From NCBI GenBank assembly GCA_050633245.1, contig JBOEGD010000009.1, forward strand, positions 96,001-160,000: a DNA stretch of 64,000 nt. Reading direction: 5' to 3'. This document shows positions 19,188 through 29,455 of this stretch, one piece after another (within the stretch, counting starts at the first letter, position 1; each line of letters starts with the position of its first letter). This DNA is from Calditrichia bacterium (GTDB lineage: Bacteria > Calditrichota > Calditrichia > RBG-13-44-9 > J075). A program made the position numbers and the translations under genes. The notes beneath the pieces were generated by a model, which was not told where the DNA came from, did no database searches, and saw only the letters and a program-made list of their open reading frames with translations.

Positions 19188-20849
19188 TTAATACACATCT
19201 AGCTTATATTGCAGTCTTGCACTACAGTTGCCACTTCCAGTGGTAAGATACTGAGCAATATTCGGATCATCCGGGACATTCGTCCACTCCCCGGAGCTAA
19301 AGCGAAACGTTTTGGTTATACTCTTGGGATTCATATCCGGGTCGTGGCGAGGATCACCGAAAGTTGGGTTGTCCCACTCCGGACTATAGAAGTAAATGTA
19401 GAACTCTTCACCCTCAACCCGATCAACGGTAAAAATAAATTCGTCATTTAGAGATTTTGTTTCGCCAGATGACACTTCCACTGCCCCCGACCAACTATCT
19501 TCACCAATCTTGGTAAATCCTTTACGAGAACCATTTAATCCACAGCTACCGTAGAGATAAAAGTCTCCCGGACCGGCATCACAGTCTCCTATGACGTAAA
19601 ATTCGTCCATTGTTATTTTGACGGTGTTTTTGTTCTGAACGCGAACACATTCGGTTGCAACATAATCCGTGGTGTACCCCAACTTCGCAAGAGAGTTATC
19701 TTTCAGATGAAATACTGAGTAGGCAATCGGAACGCCGGGATTAGTGGTAGAGTAAACCGCATTGGTATCCTGAATAACGCTTTCCAACTGACCTTCCGTA
19801 CCGTTCAGCGTCACCAGCCGAGACGCAACAGAGGCATTTCCGCCGATGGTTACCACCTCAAGCGATGAATTATTCAAAATACGAATATACTCTGATTCCA
19901 GAGATCCGTCGACATCCACGCCTGCAGCATATTTAAGAGCAGCCTCGACGTTAACCCCGGTGGTTTGAACACTGGTATTGGTCTCCATGCGCATCATGAT
20001 AATACGACCGTAGGTAACCGAAGAGACATAGGCCGGTGCATCGGCGCCGGTAAGCGTGTTCTGAACATCAGACAACTCTACATTCTCAGAAAAAACCGCT
20101 TCCGGAGAAGTAGGCGTCGTAAAATCCACGCTGTAAAACCCCTGCTTATAAACCGCCATGCTCACCCACTTCTGTTCGTTACTAAAAAAGTCGAACTGCG
20201 AATTCACCTCACCGCCTGCCCACGCAACGTTCAAACCAACATCGAGCGAAAGCTGCTCAGAACTATAGGCCGTGGTAAATTCGAACGAAGAGTTTGCAGG
20301 ATTCACATAACCTTCCTGATAGGCATTGTTGTTCCACCACTGCAGGGCCTCATCAATCGCAGCAGTGACTGTCGCATTGGTTGGTTCAGAGACTTCCAGA
20401 ACACCATTCTGTCCCATGCCCGGCAGGTTAACGCTCAGCTGCATGGGAGCGCGCGGTAATCCGATTGGTTCCGGCACACCATCGGTAAGACCCTGGTTGG
20501 CTTTTACCAACGCGCCCGGGAAAACAATTCCCTGAGTTGGACGAAGAATGGCAACATTGTCAAAGTTTTGCTTAAGATTATAACTGGTGCGCGTGCAGCT
20601 CTGCTGAAAGTTGCCAACCTGTGAGATTGTCGTGTCGGTATTGCCGGCAGTACGCAGATTGTCATTATTACCAGTATCCTGCACATTGAGCAAAGCCGCT
20701 GAGTCATAGTCCAGGCTGCGCAGATATTGTGTGACTTCACCGCCGCCAACATCACCATCGCTGCTGGTTGGGTTGTTACTACATCCGGCAAAGAGCCCGG
20801 CAATTACGATTGCTCCTACCCACATCCTGTTTTTGAAATGCTGCTTCAT
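19188..20849 (-). CDS. Thiol-activated (cholesterol-dependent) cytolysin-like lipoprotein
   Basis: Lipobox LFAG-C; VFPGALV, YKQ.FYSV, PAYVSSVTYGR, GVPIAY CDC-core motifs; no undecapeptide seen. Confidence 0.88.
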   Translation of the reverse strand: MKQHFKNRMWVGAIVIAGLFAGCSNNPTSSDGDVGGGEVTQYLRSLDYDSAALLNVQDTGNNDNLRTAGNTDTTISQVGNFQQSCTRTSYNLKQNFDNVAILRPTQGIVFPGALVKANQGLTDGVPEPIGLPRAPMQLSVNLPGMGQNGVLEVSEPTNATVTAAIDEALQWWNNNAYQEGYVNPANSSFEFTTAYSSEQLSLDVGLNVAWAGGEVNSQFDFFSNEQKWVSMAVYKQGFYSVDFTTPTSPEAVFSENVELSDVQNTLTGADAPAYVSSVTYGRIIMMRMETNTSVQTTGVNVEAALKYAAGVDVDGSLESEYIRILNNSSLEVVTIGGNASVASRLVTLNGTEGQLESVIQDTNAVYSTTNPGVPIAYSVFHLKDNSLAKLGYTTDYVATECVRVQNKNTVKITMDEFYVIGDCDAGPGDFYLYGSCGLNGSRKGFTKIGEDSWSGAVEVSSGETKSLNDEFIFTVDRVEGEEFYIYFYSPEWDNPTFGDPRHDPDMNPKSITKTFRFSSGEWTNVPDDPNIAQYLTTGSGNCSARLQYKLDVY

Positions 20850-21043
20850 TGTAGATCTCCTTTTAAAATTATTGGTCGCTCTCTTCGTTCGCTTTTAAAT
20901 TGACCACTTTCCATTGCCCAGTGAAATATTCCGTATCAATTAATGATCAATGGACAATTAAAAATGATCAATTCTTCCCTTCATATACTAACGCAGAAGA
21001 GTTTCGCAAAAGTGCTAATGGGAAGTAAGAAATCGGAAATCGG

Positions 21044-21278
21044 CAGCAAAGCGACCCATAAGTGAACGAAGTGAACGACCCAAAAAGGAAAGATCGCTAC
21101 GGACTACGACCTACGCTGGTTGGGGGTAGGACGCGTCTATGACGCTGTAGGAAAAGAATCATTTAATACAAGCGTAGCATCCTACCAGCGAAATGACCTA
21201 CCAGCGAAGCGACCTATAAGTGAACGAAGTAAACGCCCGACAAGTCCCAAAGGGACGCCCAATAAGTGCAACGCCCCA
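21044..21278. repeat. CTAC/hairpin REP-like cluster B
   Basis: AGTGAACGAAGT(G/A)AACG x2, CCTACCAGCGAA, GTCCCAAAGGGAC modules. Confidence 0.7.
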
Positions 21279-21454
21279 TTCCCAATCAAAAACAGTTGCA
21301 TTCATGCTACAGTCGTACTAGCTTTCCCATCGTCGTTCATTGATAAAAACAATAAAACTTTTGCACGATGCAGAAGTATATACTTCAGGCACGGTATTTG
21401 TTAAGTTAAATCATGGAATAGACGACGATACGATCACTACTTGAAGGAAGTTGA

Positions 21455-22150
21455 ATGGATTCCCTGTCATCAATAGATAGTAATTTTTTGTCCTTCGTCT
21501 GGAATAGCGGCATCTTTGCGAAGGTCATAATTTTCTCACTTTTTGCACTTTCCATGGCCGCATGGACAATCACTCTAACCAAAACGAAGCAGTTCGGCTC
21601 GCTAAAGCGAAAGCTGCGCATTGTATTTGATGAGCCGGCAGACAATTCCAATACCGACCTGCAAAAACTATTGGCAGACAAAAAAACGCCCATAGGACGC
21701 ATCTATCGCCAGGGGAATCGGGTGGTAAAATCGGCCGTTAAGCATCAGGCTCGCGGGCAATCGAGTTCCCTGGTTCTGGATGAAGTAAAACAGCAGGTAG
21801 ACATTGCTGTTGATGAAGAAATTTCCCAGCTTGCCAGTGGACTTTCGTTTTTAGGCACCGTGATTACGGTGAGTCCATTTCTTGGCCTGCTAGGCACGGT
21901 TTGGGGCGTTATGCAGGCCTTTGTCAGTATTGCGGACAGTGGGAATGCCGATTTATCGACGCTTGCACCAGGTATTGCAGAAGCTCTGATAACTACGATT
22001 GCAGGCCTTGCTGTGGCTATTCCGGCAGTCTTTTGCTATAACTTTTTGAACACTCGTCTCAAGCGAATCGAGGATTCCCTTTACCGCCTCTCGAGTGAAT
22101 TAAGCCTGTATTTCGCAAAACGGTGGGAACATGAAAAGACGAAAATCTGA
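21455..22150 (+). CDS. tolQ: TolQ (MotA/TolQ/ExbB)
   Basis: SPFLGLLGTVWGVM, APGIAEALITT; first gene of tol-pal operon. Confidence 0.93.
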   Translation: MDSLSSIDSNFLSFVWNSGIFAKVIIFSLFALSMAAWTITLTKTKQFGSLKRKLRIVFDEPADNSNTDLQKLLADKKTPIGRIYRQGNRVVKSAVKHQARGQSSSLVLDEVKQQVDIAVDEEISQLASGLSFLGTVITVSPFLGLLGTVWGVMQAFVSIADSGNADLSTLAPGIAEALITTIAGLAVAIPAVFCYNFLNTRLKRIEDSLYRLSSELSLYFAKRWEHEKTKI

Positions 22151-22529
22151 AACGCTTGCTGAAATAAACATCACCTCTTTGGTCGATGTAACGCTGGTGC
22201 TGTTAATCGTTTTCATGATCGCTGCACCGTTTATTCGTGCCGGAACCAAGGTTGTGCTGCCAAAGGCAGAAACACGTGAAAAGCACCCAAAAGACTCGCT
22301 GGTGATTTTTGTAAATCAGGTAGGACAGGCCTATTTCGAAGGTCAGAACCTGAGTGACGAGGAGCTGAAGCAACGCCTTGAACGCATTTATGCAGAGTCC
22401 CCCGAGGCTTCTGTTCTTTTGGAAGGTGATGTCGACGCTGCGTATGGTCGGGTCGTCACGATTATCGATGTCGTGCGTCAAGCAGGTTATGAAAATGTTG
22501 GACTTGTTTTGGATAAGCTGGATAGATGA
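22131..22529 (+). CDS. tolR: TolR (ExbD family)
   Basis: EINITSLVDVTLVLLIVFMI. Confidence 0.93.
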   Translation: MKRRKSETLAEINITSLVDVTLVLLIVFMIAAPFIRAGTKVVLPKAETREKHPKDSLVIFVNQVGQAYFEGQNLSDEELKQRLERIYAESPEASVLLEGDVDAAYGRVVTIIDVVRQAGYENVGLVLDKLDR

Positions 22530-23146
22530 AACGCTCCTTTACATATGCCCTTGGAGGGCACCTTCTAATTCTGCTGCTATTGTGGTTAAGTGGGCAGACT
22601 TTTTACAAACCTACGCGTATTCAAGGATATCCTACGAAGATCAATGCTCGCGTTGTTGAAAAAAATACCATTCAGCAGCGAAGCCAACGTCCACCGAGTC
22701 TGCCTAAGCAAGAAGCTGCAAAGCCAAAAGTGCAGCCTGAACCCAAAAAAACAGCCCCGACTCCAAAGAAGCAAGCCGCAAAACCCAAAGCCAAGCCGCA
22801 AAATCAGCAGTCGGCTCCGGCTGCGGCGGCGGCTCCGGCTGCAAACTCACTCTCGCTGGATGCGCAGGATTTTCCTTTTCCGGAATATTTACTTTTAATG
22901 CAATATCGCGTGGAGCGTCAATGGAATCCGCCGCGAGCTGCATTGGCAGGAAAGAGTGCGTTAATCTATTTTCGCCTCGAACGTAATGGAAAGGTTGCCG
23001 AAGCAAAAGTTGAGCGATCCAGTGGAAACTTTGCCTTCGATCAGGCAGCACTGCGAGCGGTGTATTCTGCAGATCCTCTTCCTGCTCTTCCAGAAGAATC
23101 TTCACTAAATACTTTGGGTGTACACTTTGAGTTTGTGGGGAACTGA
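22526..23146 (+). CDS. tolA: TolA/TonB C-terminal domain protein
   Basis: TM anchor, Pro/Lys linker, [15 protein letters not shown]; position in operon. Confidence 0.82.
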   Translation: MKRSFTYALGGHLLILLLLWLSGQTFYKPTRIQGYPTKINARVVEKNTIQQRSQRPPSLPKQEAAKPKVQPEPKKTAPTPKKQAAKPKAKPQNQQSAPAAAAAPAANSLSLDAQDFPFPEYLLLMQYRVERQWNPPRAALAGKSALIYFRLERNGKVAEAKVERSSGNFAFDQAALRAVYSADPLPALPEESSLNTLGVHFEFVGN

Positions 23147-23152
23147 GCGGAT

Positions 23153-23275
23153 ATCGGGAATCGGGAATCGGGAATCGGGAATCGGGAATCGGGAATCGGG
23201 AATCGGGAATCGGGAATCGGGAATCGGGAATCGGGAATCGGGAATCGGGAATCGGGAATCGGGAATCGGGAATCG
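23153..23275 (+). repeat. Perfect heptamer tandem repeat (ATCGGGA) x~17
   Basis: Directly visible between tolA and tolB. Confidence 0.97.
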
Positions 23276-23346
23276 AAAGAGAATATACGCCATTTAGAAT
23301 ACGCTAGTATATGAAATAGTGAACTCTGAACTCTGAACTTATTTAC

Positions 23347-24657
23347 GTGGAAAACATGAACTACAGACTTCTCTTTTTACTCGCATTTATAGTCGGAATT
23401 ACAGCGGCGCAGGCCCAAAACGATGTGTATCTGCGGACAGAATCAAAATACTTTACACGCCTGCCAGTGCTGCTAAAACCGGTCCTGATAGAAGGTCGTG
23501 TTAATCAAACCGTTGCCGATGATATTTTGCGAATTCTTGATACCGACTTGTGGTATTCAAGCGTCATCGACCCACGTCAGGAGATGGCAAGTGCACAGTC
23601 TGCATCTGGCAGCGCGGCTTCACCGGCAGAGAATATGTCGATCCGCTATTCAGTCTCCGCAAAAGCTATTATCCAGGGTGATAAGTTGGAGCTGACTACC
23701 GAAATCCTCGATCGTACCAAGAACGCACGCATTGGCGGCAAGACCTACAAAAGCTGTCCGGATAAACTCCGTCTGGCTGTGCATACCGCAGCTGACGACA
23801 TTGTCGAGATGCTGACCGGAGAACAAGGTATTGCACGCAGCCGCGTGGCCTACACGGTAGATTTTAATGCCTCTAAAGAGATTTTCCTTATCGATTATGA
23901 TAGCCATAATCGCAGACAGTTAACCAAAAATCGTTCGCTAAACCTAACGCCGGCATGGCTTATGGATGGAACTCAGGTTCTGTTGACCTCGTATGTTAAC
24001 AAGAATCCGGATCTCTTTACAATTGCTACCGGAACGGGCGAAATGAAACCGCTTATCAGGGGCGAAAGTTTGACCACATCAGCAGCTATTTCGCCGGACG
24101 GTAAAAAGGTTGCATTTGTCTCAACTCGCGATGGAAATGCAGAAATTTACGTTATGGATAGTAACGGTAAAAACCCACAGCGCATCACCCGGCACTGGTC
24201 TATCGACACCTCGCCGGACTGGTCACCAAATAGCCGAGAGATCATTTTCACGTCTGATCGTCTTGGCAAGCCGCAGCTATTTATTATGGATGCGGAGGGT
24301 AGTAATCTGCGTCGGCTCGATACCCGGCTGGATTACTGCGGTTCACCAAGCTGGTCTCCCAAGGGCGATAAAATTGCTTTTGTTGCCCGCGAAAACGGCA
24401 GGTTTAATATTTTCACTTACGATGTGTTGACACAGTCTGTTGCCCGCCTTACGCAAAATGCCGGCAGCAATGAAGACCCGGACTGGTCGCCAAATGGATT
24501 TCAGTTGGTCTTTAGCTCGACGCGAGATAGAGGCCGCGACATATATCAAATGAATTGGGATGGCTCGCAGCTGCTGCGACTTACCTTCACCGGTAATTGC
24601 TCCAGCCCAAGCTGGTCTCCCAACCAGCGCCCGGATGAAACACTCGGGTGCAACTAA
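23347..24657 (+). CDS. tolB: TolB beta-propeller
   Basis: Signal peptide, PD40 repeats (P.WSP.G). Confidence 0.93.
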   Translation: MENMNYRLLFLLAFIVGITAAQAQNDVYLRTESKYFTRLPVLLKPVLIEGRVNQTVADDILRILDTDLWYSSVIDPRQEMASAQSASGSAASPAENMSIRYSVSAKAIIQGDKLELTTEILDRTKNARIGGKTYKSCPDKLRLAVHTAADDIVEMLTGEQGIARSRVAYTVDFNASKEIFLIDYDSHNRRQLTKNRSLNLTPAWLMDGTQVLLTSYVNKNPDLFTIATGTGEMKPLIRGESLTTSAAISPDGKKVAFVSTRDGNAEIYVMDSNGKNPQRITRHWSIDTSPDWSPNSREIIFTSDRLGKPQLFIMDAEGSNLRRLDTRLDYCGSPSWSPKGDKIAFVARENGRFNIFTYDVLTQSVARLTQNAGSNEDPDWSPNGFQLVFSSTRDRGRDIYQMNWDGSQLLRLTFTGNCSSPSWSPNQRPDETLGCN

Positions 24658-24675
24658 CCACACAGAGGAGTAGGA

Positions 24676-25221
24676 ATGATTCATTCACACAAGCTGTTTT
24701 CGCCCCAAACACGTTATGTGCTGCCTTTTGTATTGATGTTTGCCTTAATAATGAGCTGTGGTAGTTCAAAACAGACTATTGAGGATACCGGACCGGTTTT
24801 TGAACCTGTTGAAGAAGAAACGACCATTCCGATTGAAAAGCCGGTTGAGCAGCAGGAAGAAGTTCGTCCACCACGCGTAGAAAAAGTGCCCATGACCATG
24901 CGTACGCTCTACTTTGGTTATGATGAAGCAACACTAACAACAGACGCCGTACGAATCTTGCAAGATAATGCCAAGGTCCTAAAAGACTATCCGGATGTTC
25001 GCATCACTGTTGAAGGTCATTGCGATGAGCGGGGAACTATTGAATACAACCTGGCACTCGGTGATCGTCGAGCCCGCTCGGTTAAGCAATTTTTAATAGA
25101 TCTCGGCGTAAGTTCTAATCGTATCGCAACGGTAAGCTATGGCAAAGAACGCCCGGCAGATCGTGGTCGCAGCGAATCGGCTTATTCCTTGAATCGACGG
25201 GCGGAGTTTGTTATAAAGTAG
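24676..25221 (+). CDS. pal: Peptidoglycan-associated lipoprotein
   Basis: Lipobox, EGHCDERGT.EYNLALG.RRA, NRRAEF. Confidence 0.96.
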   Translation: MIHSHKLFSPQTRYVLPFVLMFALIMSCGSSKQTIEDTGPVFEPVEEETTIPIEKPVEQQEEVRPPRVEKVPMTMRTLYFGYDEATLTTDAVRILQDNAKVLKDYPDVRITVEGHCDERGTIEYNLALGDRRARSVKQFLIDLGVSSNRIATVSYGKERPADRGRSESAYSLNRRAEFVIK

Positions 25222-25223
25222 GC

Positions 25224-25300
25224 ATTGAAATGACAATTGAGCAGTGAACTTTGAACTTTGAACTTTGAACTTTGAGCATTGAGCATTGAACTTTGAACAG
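25224..25300 (+). repeat. Degenerate heptamer tract TTGA(A/G)C(T/A)
   Basis: About 10 units of TTGAACT/TTGAGCA just after the pal stop. Confidence 0.85.
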
Positions 25301-25367
25301 TGATGCAAATTACGGTTTGAAAGCTATATCAATATTTTTGTCACGCCGAGTGGAGTCGAGGCGCTTA
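25301..25367 (+). repeat. Dispersed 67-bp repeat (inverted copy at 52694..52760)
   Basis: 63/67 identical by eye; includes GTCACGCCGAGTGGAGTCGAGGCG. Confidence 0.85.
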
Positions 25368-25570
25368 AGGTAAAAAATTGAACAACACCTGACGAAAATT
25401 GCATGCTGGTGTCGATAAGACTATGCGTAAGATGCAGGTTACTTGCAGCATGAAAAAAGATATCAGTGGAAAATGGTCAATTTTCATGCTCATTTATCCC
25501 GTGCTTCGACAATAAAAATTTTGTACATTTTCGCAATTCTAACGCGACAACAATTATGGCAGGATGTCTG

Positions 25571-26356
25571 ATGAAGCAATTAGCACTAGCGACACTTTTA
25601 GGAATGTTTCTCTTTAGCAGCTGCGCAAGTCGGAAAGATGTTTCTTTTCTACAGGCGGATACGTCAACCATGCGTCAACAGATTATTGCGCTAAAGAGTG
25701 AGCAAAAAGCTGTTATCCGCACCCTCGATGAGATTAAGCAGCTTCTTAACCAAAGTAGCGAAACCGGACAAACCGGAATTGCTGAGACCAGACTTCAGCT
25801 GCGAGATGTGACGCAGCAGGTAGCCATTCTAACTGAACGCATCAGCGATTTACAGCGTCAGGCCGCGCGCTCCGGTTATGCAGGTAGTGACTCCAGAAAT
25901 ACTCAACCTGTCTCCCCTACCCCGACTCAACCATCTCCGGATAATCCTTCTCCGCTGGAGGAACGGGCTCCGGTTATCAGCAATGAGGATGGCGCTGCAA
26001 TTTATCAAACGGCCTATCAGGATTTGGTAAACGGAAAATACGATTTGGCAGTGCAGGGGTTTAAAGGTTATCTGCAGGGCTTTCCTAAAACGAATCTTTC
26101 AGACAATGCATATTATTGGATCGGCGAAGCGCACTATGCGCGTCAGAAATTTGATGAGGCGGCACAGTCGTTTTCCGTAGTTATTTCAGACTTTCCATAC
26201 GGAGACAAAATTAGCGCCGCGATTTTAAAGCTCGCCTATTCGCAGATCGCGCTTGGTCAGACCCAAAATGCCCGTGGAAATCTGCAAAAAGTTATCAGCA
26301 TGTTTCCAACCAGCAATGAAGCATCACTGGCTCAGGCGAAGTTGAAGGAGATATAG
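25571..26356 (+). CDS. cpoB: CpoB/YbgF tol-pal TPR lipoprotein
   Basis: Lipobox FSSC, coiled coil, NAYYWIGE TPR; likely start MKQLAL at 25571. Confidence 0.9.
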   Translation: MKQLALATLLGMFLFSSCASRKDVSFLQADTSTMRQQIIALKSEQKAVIRTLDEIKQLLNQSSETGQTGIAETRLQLRDVTQQVAILTERISDLQRQAARSGYAGSDSRNTQPVSPTPTQPSPDNPSPLEERAPVISNEDGAAIYQTAYQDLVNGKYDLAVQGFKGYLQGFPKTNLSDNAYYWIGEAHYARQKFDEAAQSFSVVISDFPYGDKISAAILKLAYSQIALGQTQNARGNLQKVISMFPTSNEASLAQAKLKEI

Positions 26357-26380
26357 TCGATAGTTTGCACCTGCGATGCT

Positions 26381-26557
26381 CGTAGGTCGTTCGCTAGGCT
26401 CACTTGTAGTAGATAGGACGCTCATTACATTCGCTGGTAGTTTCTACCCCCTACAGCGCAGGCCAAAGGCCAAGCGTCCTACAAGCGGTAAAGCCGCGAC
26501 CTAATGCCCGAAGGACGGCCTCCCCCTACCAGCGCAGGCCGAAGGCCAAGCGATCTA
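26381..26557. repeat. CTAC/hairpin REP-like cluster C (inverted halves)
   Basis: GTAGGTCG..CTGGTAG units followed by CTACCCCCTAC-AGCGCAGGCC(A/G)AAGGCCAAGCG units. Confidence 0.75.
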
Positions 26558-26561
26558 ATCA

Positions 26562-28514
26562 CTATCGTATCAACACCGCTTTTCCAACACTCGAGGTCAC
26601 ACCGCTACTCAAGCGATAGAGATAAATTCCCGAGCTAACGCCTTCTCCACGCTCATTCAGGCCATTCCATTCAACCTCATAATTCCCGACCTGCTGAATC
26701 GCCTCAGAAACCAATATTTGAACAAGTCGACCGGCAGTATCGTAAATCTGAAGTTCAACCGGCATTGCCTGTAGCAATTCATAGCGAATGGTTGTTGAAG
26801 GATTAAATGGATTGGGATAGTTCGATTTAAGCTGAAATCGATTCGCTACTGCATCAGTAAGCGGTTCAATCCCCGTCACGTTTAGCGCTTCCTGAACCGC
26901 AGCATACGCGTTTATCTTACCATATCCCCATGCCGCATTCGGTGTCGTTCCGGTAAAAGCATCCGATCGTGCCGTATTCCGAAGAATCGTGCGCACCTGC
27001 TCCGCATCCAAATTGGGATTGGCATCAAGCATCAAAGCAATTATTCCGGTAACAACCGGAGCAGCTCCGCTCACCGCGCCAAGAGTGCCATAAAATCCGT
27101 TACCAGGGGCAACCTTATTAAAGCGGAATGTATTGAACCAGCTTCGCTGTCCGTAAGGTGCGATGTTTGTATTACCGGGAGCACTCACATCGATGCCCAA
27201 TCGACCATCATATGTCGGGCCAACACCACTTCCTGTCCAGAGATTTCCCGGCCCGGCATCATTGCCCGGGAAAGTGCGTTGAATGCCATCAATATCTGTC
27301 CAGAACTCACGCAGTACGTATGAATTCGGAGTAATATTATTTTGCGCGGAGGCAAGATCCCAAACGGTATGCCCGGCCACCACGAATGTTTGAAACTCGC
27401 TTGCTGTAGGGGTAAAAATAGTAGACGGATTTAATGATGCCTGGAACGAACCATCTGTTACCGAAGCTCCGGTCAGTCGAATGGTGTAGGTACCCGGGGT
27501 CAACATATCGATGAAGATCTCGCGGCGATTGTTATCGGCTCCATAAAAATCGACGTCACTACCATTGTGGTAGAATCGAATTTCTGCATTCAGGATTTGT
27601 GTTCGTCCGGCATTGTTAACCGGCCCGGGAAAGGTGCCGTAGTCTGTGGTTGGTGAGATAATCTGCACATCAAATCGATCGGTGTCATCATACCAAAGAT
27701 CGAGACGCAGAAAATTGCCAACGCTATTGATTTCAATATCGACCGATTGTCCTTGCTGAACGGTTCCGGCAGCGTGGTTATTTTTCCCACCATCATCACT
27801 ACTGCCGGTAACAAAAACCACTCCCGGCTTTCCGGGCCCAAAACGCTGATCTATAGAACGTGCCAGGTCGCTGGAACCATCCATCGGTCCGCCACTGCTA
27901 CCAAAGTTTGCAAGAAGCACCACTGGTTTCCCCACAACAGATGCTTCCGCAATCACATAGTCCATTGCTATCGGAACCAAAAGGGGATCATAAAATGGCC
28001 CTTCTGCCGGTTCATTGCCATGAGCAGGTGCGCCTTCGGTCGTAACTTTAACAATCAGAAAGTCTGCATCCGGAGCCATACCGGCATACTGCCCGGCGCT
28101 TTGAGATCCGTTTCCGCCTGCCGCTCCTGCAGTAGCTGTTCCGTGGCCAACAGCGTCGCGTGTATCGAGACGAACACCAGAGCTTAGCGCCTGGTCAATC
28201 TCGGCCTTGGTATAGAGAGTACCAATATTATAGGGATTATTAGGGTCATTCGCGCCACGCGGATTTAGCATATCAAAGATTCCAATAATGCGAGAAGTGC
28301 CGTCGGGTTTAATAAAATCAGGATGTTCATAATCAATTCCACGGTCGAGAATTGCAACAATAGCCCCGGTTCCATCATAGCCGAGAACATTCCAAACGGA
28401 ATCGACGCGCGTTTCTGTTCGAACGAGATCATCGGCGAAAGTGACCTGGCTAAAGGCGGCTAAGGCAATTAATACAGCAAGAAATCTATTGAGATTAAGC
28501 ATGCGTTCCCCCAT
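26562..28514 (-). CDS. Secreted S8 subtilase (CspA-like insert) with FlgD/T9SS-like C-terminal domain
   Basis: VAILDRG, GHGT, S-GAAP triad motifs; WGYGK; NYPNPFNP tail. Confidence 0.9.
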   Translation of the reverse strand: MGERMLNLNRFLAVLIALAAFSQVTFADDLVRTETRVDSVWNVLGYDGTGAIVAILDRGIDYEHPDFIKPDGTSRIIGIFDMLNPRGANDPNNPYNIGTLYTKAEIDQALSSGVRLDTRDAVGHGTATAGAAGGNGSQSAGQYAGMAPDADFLIVKVTTEGAPAHGNEPAEGPFYDPLLVPIAMDYVIAEASVVGKPVVLLANFGSSGGPMDGSSDLARSIDQRFGPGKPGVVFVTGSSDDGGKNNHAAGTVQQGQSVDIEINSVGNFLRLDLWYDDTDRFDVQIISPTTDYGTFPGPVNNAGRTQILNAEIRFYHNGSDVDFYGADNNRREIFIDMLTPGTYTIRLTGASVTDGSFQASLNPSTIFTPTASEFQTFVVAGHTVWDLASAQNNITPNSYVLREFWTDIDGIQRTFPGNDAGPGNLWTGSGVGPTYDGRLGIDVSAPGNTNIAPYGQRSWFNTFRFNKVAPGNGFYGTLGAVSGAAPVVTGIIALMLDANPNLDAEQVRTILRNTARSDAFTGTTPNAAWGYGKINAYAAVQEALNVTGIEPLTDAVANRFQLKSNYPNPFNPSTTIRYELLQAMPVELQIYDTAGRLVQILVSEAIQQVGNYEVEWNGLNERGEGVSSGIYLYRLSSGVTSSVGKAVLIR

Positions 28515-28684
28515 TTGATTTTATTTGCAACGAATGTAATAGAGCAATGAGTAAAAGGATGTGCTTCCCGGCGCAGCAAATAAAACGCTGTTGGCGGGAA
28601 TAAATAGAAAGGTAAGCACTTTCTATTCAGGCTTCAAGTGTCATCTGAAGCCTGATAATATGATCGTGCGACTCGCAAAAAATT

Positions 28685-29455
28685 TTAGTCCTTTTTGCCG
28701 GCGTCGTATTTTTTCCATTTATTGGCAGGTTGGGCAAGGCGATCGGAGACAATTTCCAATACCAGTGGATTATGCCCAAGTCCAAAGTGGCTACCCAGCA
28801 CTTCAATGTTTTGAGTCTCTGGGCCTTCAGTAGCTTCCATACAGTGCTGCCACTGCACAACACCATCATATTTGGAGTAAATAGCTGTCGTTGGTACCGG
28901 AGGAGGTTTGACAATTTCCTTCACCAGTTCCTCATCCAGTTCCTTAATCTCACGTCCGGACAGCCATTCATAAAGGCGCGTCACGTTGTTCACTTCGGTA
29001 ATTCCGCCAAAGGGTGAGCCCAACGTTATGACTTGCCTGACCAGCTCCGGGTTCGCTCTGGCTAATTCGCGCGAGAATACACCGCCCAGGCTCCATCCGA
29101 TAAGCGTCACCTTTTGCTGATGCTTATCGACCAGCTCTTTTAGCGTTGCAGAGAGCGTCTCCAGATATTCCTGCTTGCCCATATTTCTTCCAAGACCCCA
29201 ATCGTATGCAGCATAGCCGCCTTCGTTTAGGAAATTACGCAGTGGAATGGTAGAAAGACTACTGGCAAGATACCCCGGCAACACCATAACCGGATGCCCG
29301 TCGGATTTTAATTCATTTTTCAAACGTGGTCTGGCGAGGAAAAAAAGGCCGAGCTCAAAGAGGGCTCGTCCACCTTCTGTGGCGAGCAATAACTTAGACG
29401 GTGGCTTTATGGGTTTGGCCGAAGCCGTTGTTTCACTTTTCATCAGATTGCTCAT
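28685..29455 (-). CDS. Alpha/beta hydrolase (lipase-like)
   Basis: GWSLGG nucleophile elbow, DGVV, SHFG; overlaps WS/DGAT. Confidence 0.9.
   Translation of the reverse strand: MSNLMKSETTASAKPIKPPSKLLLATEGGRALFELGLFFLARPRLKNELKSDGHPVMVLPGYLASSLSTIPLRNFLNEGGYAAYDWGLGRNMGKQEYLETLSATLKELVDKHQQKVTLIGWSLGGVFSRELARANPELVRQVITLGSPFGGITEVNNVTRLYEWLSGREIKELDEELVKEIVKPPPVPTTAIYSKYDGVVQWQHCMEATEGPETQNIEVLGSHFGLGHNPLVLEIVSDRLAQPANKWKKYDAGKKD

Noticed and set aside
23105-23293. ORF of FPIPDSR repeats
   Set aside because: Simply the translation of the heptamer tract on the antisense strand.
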